From Salisapilia sapeloensis CBS 127946 (taxonomy: Eukaryota > Protista > Oomycota), in assembly GCA_023334545.1 (NCBI GenBank), contig JAADVB010000081.1:5734-69733 (forward strand): DNA of 64,000 bases, in the 5' to 3' direction. Under the pieces are notes generated by a model. The model saw nothing but the letters and a program-made list of their open reading frames with translations. It did no database searches and was not told the DNA's origin. Position numbers and translations under genes: made by a program. Numbering within the stretch: the first letter of the stretch is position 1; each line of letters begins with the position of its first letter. Shown here piece after piece: positions 57,470-64,000 of this stretch.

Positions 57470-59414
57470 ATGACAGATACCTTACGTACGAAACTCTTTC
57501 TACGAGGCAAGCACGGCATTGAGTCGCTATGGGGACCTCCATCATCCAGTCAAGACGATGTCCAGATCGAGAAACATGACTCCTTTGATCTGCCGCAAGC
57601 GGATGTGATGGTCTGTTCTCCTGATGGAAGGAACATCGTACTCGTGTCCACGGATAAGGGATTCAGCGTCCGAGATACACAAACGTAGGCAGTATCAAGT
57701 ACATCTACTTTCCTACATATTTCTCATCGACCTCTTCTAGTGGACATGTCTCGATCGACATCGAGCATAGTGGCATCCAAGCCATGGCGTGGTCTCCCAA
57801 AGGTAGCTACTTGATCTCATGGCAACGGCCGGTGAAAGACTCGGACGATGGAAACCTCATTGTATGGGACGCCGCCACGGGTGCCATCGCCACGCGTTTC
57901 CAGCAAAAGACTTATGCTCGCGACGTGCGTCCTCCTATCCACTACCTACCTGCCGTGCCTAACACGTCTATGATAGAAATGGCCGTCCCTCCAGTGGTCC
58001 TCGGACGAAGCCATCTGCGCCCGACTGAGCAACAACGGCGTCGTCGTCTACAACGGCAGTAACCTCGCCAGTGGTCCCGTCGGCAGCATCAACCAACCCG
58101 TACGTCTTCTTCCCTCCCTCTCCGATCCATCTAACACCTTGATAGGGCACGACCGTCTTTAGCGTCGCGCCTGGGAACGCACCGTACAAACTCGCGCTCT
58201 TCGTGCCGGAGAAGAAGGGCAAGCCCGCGAGCGTCCGCGTGTACCAGTTTCCGTCACTCGACACATGCGTGGCGTCCAAGAGCTTCTACCGTGCGCAGGA
58301 AGTGACGCTCAAGTGGAATCCGACCGGCCAGTCGCTCATCATCCAGACGCACACGGACGTCGACGCGACCGGCAAGTCGTACTATGGCGAGAGCGGCCTC
58401 TTCTTCCTCCAGGCTGACGGCCAGTACGACTGCATTGTCCCGCTCACAAAGGAAGGGAGCGTCCATGACGTCCAGTGGGACCCGACTGGTAAAGTCTTTG
58501 TCGTCCTAGCTGGCGCCATGCCATGCCACGCGACGCTCTACGACTCGAAAGCCGTCCCGACGTTCGAGTTCGGTGCCGCGCCTAGGAACATCGTGAGCTG
58601 GAGTCCACATGGACGCTTCCTATGTCTCGCAGGCTTTGGCAACTTGAGAGGCGACATGGACTTTTGGGATCGAAATAAACTCAAGAAAATGGGCTCGACG
58701 AATGCCAATGCCGCCACGACCTATGGCTGGTCCCCTGATAGCCGCTACTTTTGCACTGCCACGACCTTCCCTCGCCTACGTGTCGACAATGGTTTGAAAC
58801 TCTTCCGCTACGATGGCTCCGGACCGGTCTTTACCGACACGCGCGCAGAGCTGTATGATGTCGTCTTCCGTCCAGCAGCCAAGGACGTGTATCCGAACCG
58901 GCCGCAGTCTCCACGTCGAAAGGGAGCGGAGGCGACGACCGCCAAAGCTCCGGAGAAACCGAAAGCGTATCGTCCTCCAAACTCGACGGGAGCACTCGCG
59001 GCGCTTATGAAGCAGGAAGAGAGCGGAAGCAAGAAGCTCGATCGGAACAAGTATACGCCTCCGAACGCAGGTGGGAGTATCCCTGGCATGGCTCCGAAGG
59101 CAATCCCAGGCATGGCTCCGTCCGGTCCGAAGAAGCCGAGTAAGAGTCAGAAGAAGAAGAAGGCCAAGGAGGCGAAACAGGCGCAGGAAGCTGCTGAACA
59201 AGCACTTGGGACGGCAAGTGCTCCTGCTTCGACGACACAAGGCCTTACGGATGCCGAGAAGAAGAAGAAGAGTAAGGCCTTGTCCAAGAAGCTCAAGCAG
59301 ATTGACGAGATCAAGGAGAAGCAGGCGAGTGGCGCGGAATTGAATGCCGATCAAGTGCATAAACTGTCGACGGAGGAAGAGTTGAGAAAGGAACTAGAGA
59401 CACTGCAGTTGTAG
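57470..59414 (+). CDS. EIF2A: Eukaryotic translation initiation factor 2A (WD40 propeller), 3 introns
   Basis: WSPKGSYL; PEKKGKPASVRVY; TDVDATGKSYYGES; LAGFGNLRG; WSPDSRYFCTATTFPRLRVDNG; basic C-terminal tail KKLKQIDEIKEKQ. Confidence 0.94.
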
Positions 59415-59530
59415 ACATTCAAAAGCACAAGACAGGAGGAAAGAAAAAGCTTTGCATCCGTTCCATTCGTACATGCCGTAAGACTTCGCGTCGTAGAGCA
59501 TAGAGCTAGTAGGAAGAGAAGTAGTAGAGG

Positions 59531-61033
59531 TTAAGGATACCGCATCTCGCTTTCGTCATACCCGATCGTCGGGAATCGCTCGATGAACGACGTGACGTCC
59601 TTCTTCAACGACGCAATGTCCTCCTGCGCCTGAACGTCCTGCTCGACGAACGACTTAAAGTCCTTGACTTTCTTCATCCCGTCGCTCTTGGCGCGTGCAT
59701 CCAGCTCCGCCGTTAGCTTCACGCCTTGGTCGAGGAACTTGGCGACTTGGGCAAAGTCCGACTCGTCACACCCGCGAGATGTCAGCGCCGGAGCGCCGAC
59801 ACGCACGCCGCCTGGCACCATCGCACTTTTGTCTCCAGGCACCGTGTTCTTGTTCACGACAATGTTCGATCGCTCCAACAAGTACTCGACACGTGCGCCG
59901 TCGACGCCCTTGGACGCCTTGACGTCGATCAGCGCCAAGTGGTTCTCCGTACCGCCTGACACGATCTCATACCCGAGCGTCTGAAGCTCGGATGCCAGCG
60001 TCGATGCGTTACGAAGCACTTGCTGCTGGTACGCGACAAAGTCCTCCGACTGCGCTTGCTTAAGCGCAGTCGCGAGTGCTGCGATCGTGTGGTTGTGTGG
60101 ACCGCCCTGGAGACCAGGGAAGACGGCGGCGTCGACCTTGCTCTCCAAGTCGTACAACGTCTCCTTGCCCTTCTTATCCGTGCTCCGGACACCCTTGCGG
60201 TAGAAGATCATGGCGCCGCGAGGACCACGCAGCGACTTGTGCGTCGTCGTGGTCACCACGTCCGAGTGCTCGAACGGAGATGGCACGACGCCCGCCGCGA
60301 CGAGGCCACTGATATGCGCCATGTCCGAGAGGAGGTAGGCGCCTTGGGCGTCCGAGATCTCCTTCATACGAGCGTAGTCAATGTGGCGAGAGTAGGCGCT
60401 GATGCCCGCGACGATCAAGCTCGGGTTAAAGAGCTCGGCGGACTTGGCCAGACCGTCGTAGTCGATGCGGCCGGTGCTCTCGTCCAGACGATACGGCATG
60501 CTCTCGAAGAAGATGGACGTGGCCGAGATTTTCTTCCCGTTCCGGAGCTGATAGCCGTGCGATAAATGACCACCGTGTGGCAGGTCCAGCGCCATGAGAC
60601 GGTCGTGAGGACTGAGGAGAGCAGTGTACACTTGGAAGTTGGCAGGAGACCCGGAGAGTGACTGGACATTCACGCCCCACTCTTCCGGGTCGAGCTTAAA
60701 GGTTTCAAGTGCACGCTGTCGACACAAGTTCTCGGCTTGGTCGATGAACTCATTCCCGCCATAGTACCGCTGGCCAGGATATCCTTCCGAGTACTTGTTC
60801 GACATGACGGAGCCCAAGGCATCGAGGACGGAGCGTGAGGTGAAATTCTCAGACGCGATGAGACTCAGACACGTCCGCTGTCGATGCTTCTCCTTTTCAA
60901 TAATATCAAACAGATCCGGGTCCGTGTCCTCGAGTCGAGCATTCAAAGCCTTCGCCCGGTCCCGAGTCGCGTCCGAGATCCAGCGCGTGGACACTCGAGG
61001 TCGAAGGAGCTTGTTGATTCTGATTCCGAGCAT
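59531..61033 (-). CDS. SHMT: Serine hydroxymethyltransferase, probably mitochondrial
   Basis: LIASENF; [15 protein letters not shown]; [11 protein letters not shown]; [14 protein letters not shown]; Arg-rich, acid-poor N-terminal presequence. Confidence 0.97.
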   Translation of the reverse strand: MLGIRINKLLRPRVSTRWISDATRDRAKALNARLEDTDPDLFDIIEKEKHRQRTCLSLIASENFTSRSVLDALGSVMSNKYSEGYPGQRYYGGNEFIDQAENLCRQRALETFKLDPEEWGVNVQSLSGSPANFQVYTALLSPHDRLMALDLPHGGHLSHGYQLRNGKKISATSIFFESMPYRLDESTGRIDYDGLAKSAELFNPSLIVAGISAYSRHIDYARMKEISDAQGAYLLSDMAHISGLVAAGVVPSPFEHSDVVTTTTHKSLRGPRGAMIFYRKGVRSTDKKGKETLYDLESKVDAAVFPGLQGGPHNHTIAALATALKQAQSEDFVAYQQQVLRNASTLASELQTLGYEIVSGGTENHLALIDVKASKGVDGARVEYLLERSNIVVNKNTVPGDKSAMVPGGVRVGAPALTSRGCDESDFAQVAKFLDQGVKLTAELDARAKSDGMKKVKDFKSFVEQDVQAQEDIASLKKDVTSFIERFPTIGYDESEMRYP

Positions 61034-61531
61034 GACGTGTTCCTCGCCGCTCACTTTGTAGAGTGGATGTGGACCACTAGGAGATGGCTAATCTTATCCG
61101 ATATCAGGCGCTCGTTGTTTGTGTTTCAGTATGAGGCTGGGTGTATAGAAAGGGGTGATCGTAGATGCGAGTTACCACTCCTTTGCTATGGGAGTATAGA
61201 TGGAGTTTGCAAATGGTACGAACACCTTTTTTACGTCTATCTGTATGGAATGGGGATACTGGAAGTTGTAGTACCAAGGTAGAAGGGAGGAATATAAAAG
61301 GTGATGAGTACTTGAAAGGTTTAATGTGAGATACGACATCGCCAAGGTTCAACTCTGGTCATCAATCCTTTGGAACGATTAGGACGTTGTCAAATACTTT
61401 GCTGCCATCTTTACACGTGGAAATTTCTAGTGTCGTGGAGGAGTGGGGAAAGCAGATCACTTGATTAGACAGATGAACGAATACATGTAGTTGGAACTTG
61501 TACTTGAACTTTAAGCACAGCAGTCTTGGTG

Positions 61532-62860
61532 CTACAAGACTTCATGGAGTGGAAGAGAGTGGTTGAGCAGATTGGAGGTAATGTCTACTTTAGACGGTGC
61601 TTTATTGAAAATGGGCTGCCCCTTGCCATGGGTCACTACAGTGTCTTCATTTACTTTACCAAAGGATTTGGTCTGTTTGTACAGTCTGCGAGTAGCTTTT
61701 GCTATGCTTGGTATCCCTCTTCCCAAGTCTAAGCTCACTTCCTCATAACTTTTAGTAGGGAGCAGCTATGGTTCATGAGCTTAATGCCATAGCAGTAGAC
61801 CACTTCTTTCTAGGTGACATTCGTTGCTTTGATTGCAAAGCATCTCTCTAAAATCCTTTGTACCTGTGCTCCGTGCCGCTCGACACTTGAGCTCCTAGTC
61901 AAAGTCGAGTGTACAGTCTTTGATGTCATGCATATCATTCAAGCAAAGATCCTCTTCTAACTTATGTGCAAAGTGCTTACTTCATTGCTCTAGAGCTTTT
62001 ATCTGCTGCGGATTAGTGAGACCAGAAATGAGTTGTTGCTGTCGTACAGTTGGGCATGCTCAAGCAAGTCACCGAGGGTCGAACCGTCTTATACAAAGAA
62101 TTGTACCATGTAAAGGAAAAGCACCACATTATTAGCTCACCAGGAACTTGGACGTACTCATCAATCCGATGGAAAATCACATCGCTTCGTACTTTGGGCA
62201 AATGTGCCAAACCGTATCATGTTCTAGGTAGTGAGAGCATCCGCAAAAAGGTTCATCGCTACAGTCTCTCTTCAAAAAGCAGTATACTTCGTAAATGCAG
62301 CTGGATTTGAGCATGCTTTTGACATTTGACTAGAGTAGAAGCTTGGACTGTGTTTGTGCTGAATACCAGTTCGGCAAAATTGGGATCCACCTCTTGCAGT
62401 TCTATTCTTGGTAAGCGAATGGAGCAGTTCCACGTTCGATGAAAATAGCCGATTTGATTTATTACTTGTAATTGGAAACCCATGTAGCACTTCAATCAAA
62501 CTTTCCCGCCAAACAAGGAGTACAAAACCGAATGATCTCTACTACCAATAGAGACGCAGATTCTTATTCTTGGTACATCTCTGTCTTCGTTTTGATTCCA
62601 ACCATGAGGAAATGATCCTCGAAAAAACTTCAAGCCTCGTCTGGTGCTCAAAATGTGCAAATTTGAAAAAGCGCGCGAACGACTCGGTGAGCTCTTCGTT
62701 TTACTTGCGCTAGTGAGCTCTTCGCTATTGTTTCGGAACAGGCGTAGTACAGTGATGGGCGAAATAATTGAGCGATATTTGTGACTCGCACTGTACTCCG
62801 TTCCACTGAAATGGCGAAGAGTGCAATGTTGCAAGTAAATCGAATGACACTTCAACTTCA
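61532..62860 (-). CDS. Putative intron-rich hypothetical gene in AT-richer sequence; structure unresolved
   Basis: Exon-like segments flanked by splice signals: GACTAG|ELKCRAARSTG...; CATAG|LLPTKSYEEVSLDLGRG...HEVL*; GTAAGC and GTGAGC donors. Confidence 0.35.
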
Positions 62861-64000
62861 ACCTGAAGGGCTTCTGAGGAAACGCTCGACATTATACTCC
62901 ACCAAGACATGACAGAGGAACTGATGATATACGAGAATAGGAGTAGAGATGTGTATAGTAACGTACGAGTAGGTAGAATCGCCAAAGACTCGGACATTAA
63001 TTCCTTTTACGGTTTTTGCGTGTTTGTTTTCATACTGCCTAGTATTCCTTGCATGATGCCCGATTATCCGCTCAATGAGCACGGACTTGGATTTCATGTA
63101 CCTAAAGGATGCACTCTATCACTTTGGACAGGTATTCTGATGTACAAAACGAATGTAAGATGCAAAAAGATGACGAATTTCTAAAGCGCCCAAGTCATAT
63201 AGCCCATAGTGGATATGGCACAGAGGTACCGCCTTCTCACAAAGTAGTCGTTTCAGGCACGAAAAAAGAAAAGAATTGAATATGGATGTAGCGCCTGTCG
63301 AAGCGTGATATTAGACTAGTTACAACATCTCCAAGTAGGAAGAAATCTTCTAGTCTCTTCTAAACGTAACACTTTATCTAAATTCTAGGAGTTAAGAAGT
63401 GCTTTAAACTACGAATGAAGCTTTTAAGCATGACCAAATCAATCCGCACGCCTACATAGTTGTGTGCTTTATATTTATAAACTATTGTATTAGCTTGCTA
63501 TTTGAAAGCACGTCACTTTTGTAAGTGAACAATCCGATGGAAAGAAACCTTTGCGATTCGTACGCACGTGAACAGAAACGATGAACTGGCTTTAGAAGAG
63601 TCCATTTGAGAGTAGTCATGGAAAGATACACTTGCGTTATATCAATATATTTCAATTTCTTCGGCTGTATACAACTTTCTTGTCTGCTAAGAAAAGGAAG
63701 AGAACGAAGCATGAATATGAATGAGCTACAGCTAAATCTTTGCTCGTCTTTGAGCTATACTATCGGGTTCAAAGCTATGGACGACGCTTGGAGCGCTTTT
63801 TTTTCCACAGCATTGTGTCGCTTTGGCTCGTCGTTTTAGTATAGATCCTTCCTAAAACTATCCACAGAATGGATTTCCTTTCTCTTCGCGAATTGCATAC
63901 ATGAATTTAGTTCAGATATCATACAGCCTACCAAGTCTCAAGTCAACTCAAGACTGTGTCTTTTAAAAACATTTATCGATGGAGTTTTTTCGAGCAACGA

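Overview
This is eukaryotic, gene-dense genomic DNA, most consistent with an oomycete (stramenopile). The evidence is short spliceosomal introns of about 45-75 nt (GTACGT/GTAAGC/GTAGGT...YAG), oomycete-type INR+FPR core promoter motifs, flagellar genes, and a gene repertoire typical of the group. I reconstructed about 35 protein-coding genes by hand, many split by introns that the ORF track misses. They are: the 3' part of a four-domain Ca2+ channel, RBM8A/Y14, a bacterial-style K+ channel, a Tousled-like kinase, a SPIRAL1-type PGG-motif protein, SEC63-like, DnaJ, FHA-RINGv-FHA, SulP-STAS-cNMP, long-chain acyl-CoA synthetase, a BED-finger/RraA fusion, HSP90, lipase, SAPS, CTNNBL1, CTF8, an AstE-like hydrolase, MINPP1, DNAAF1, class II aldolase, a SYLF protein, dynein LC4-like, RAD18-like, GCIP-like, a PH protein, CK2 beta, TIP41, SPRY, a coiled-coil protein, eIF2A and SHMT. 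I saw no rRNA, tRNA, CRISPR array or intact transposon. The most striking observation is a spliced in-frame fusion of a BED zinc finger (a transposase-type DNA-binding domain) to an RraA/HMG-aldolase domain at 24854-25855 (-). All gene identities come from motif recognition by eye, not database searches. Exon boundaries are inferred from splice consensus and frame continuity.
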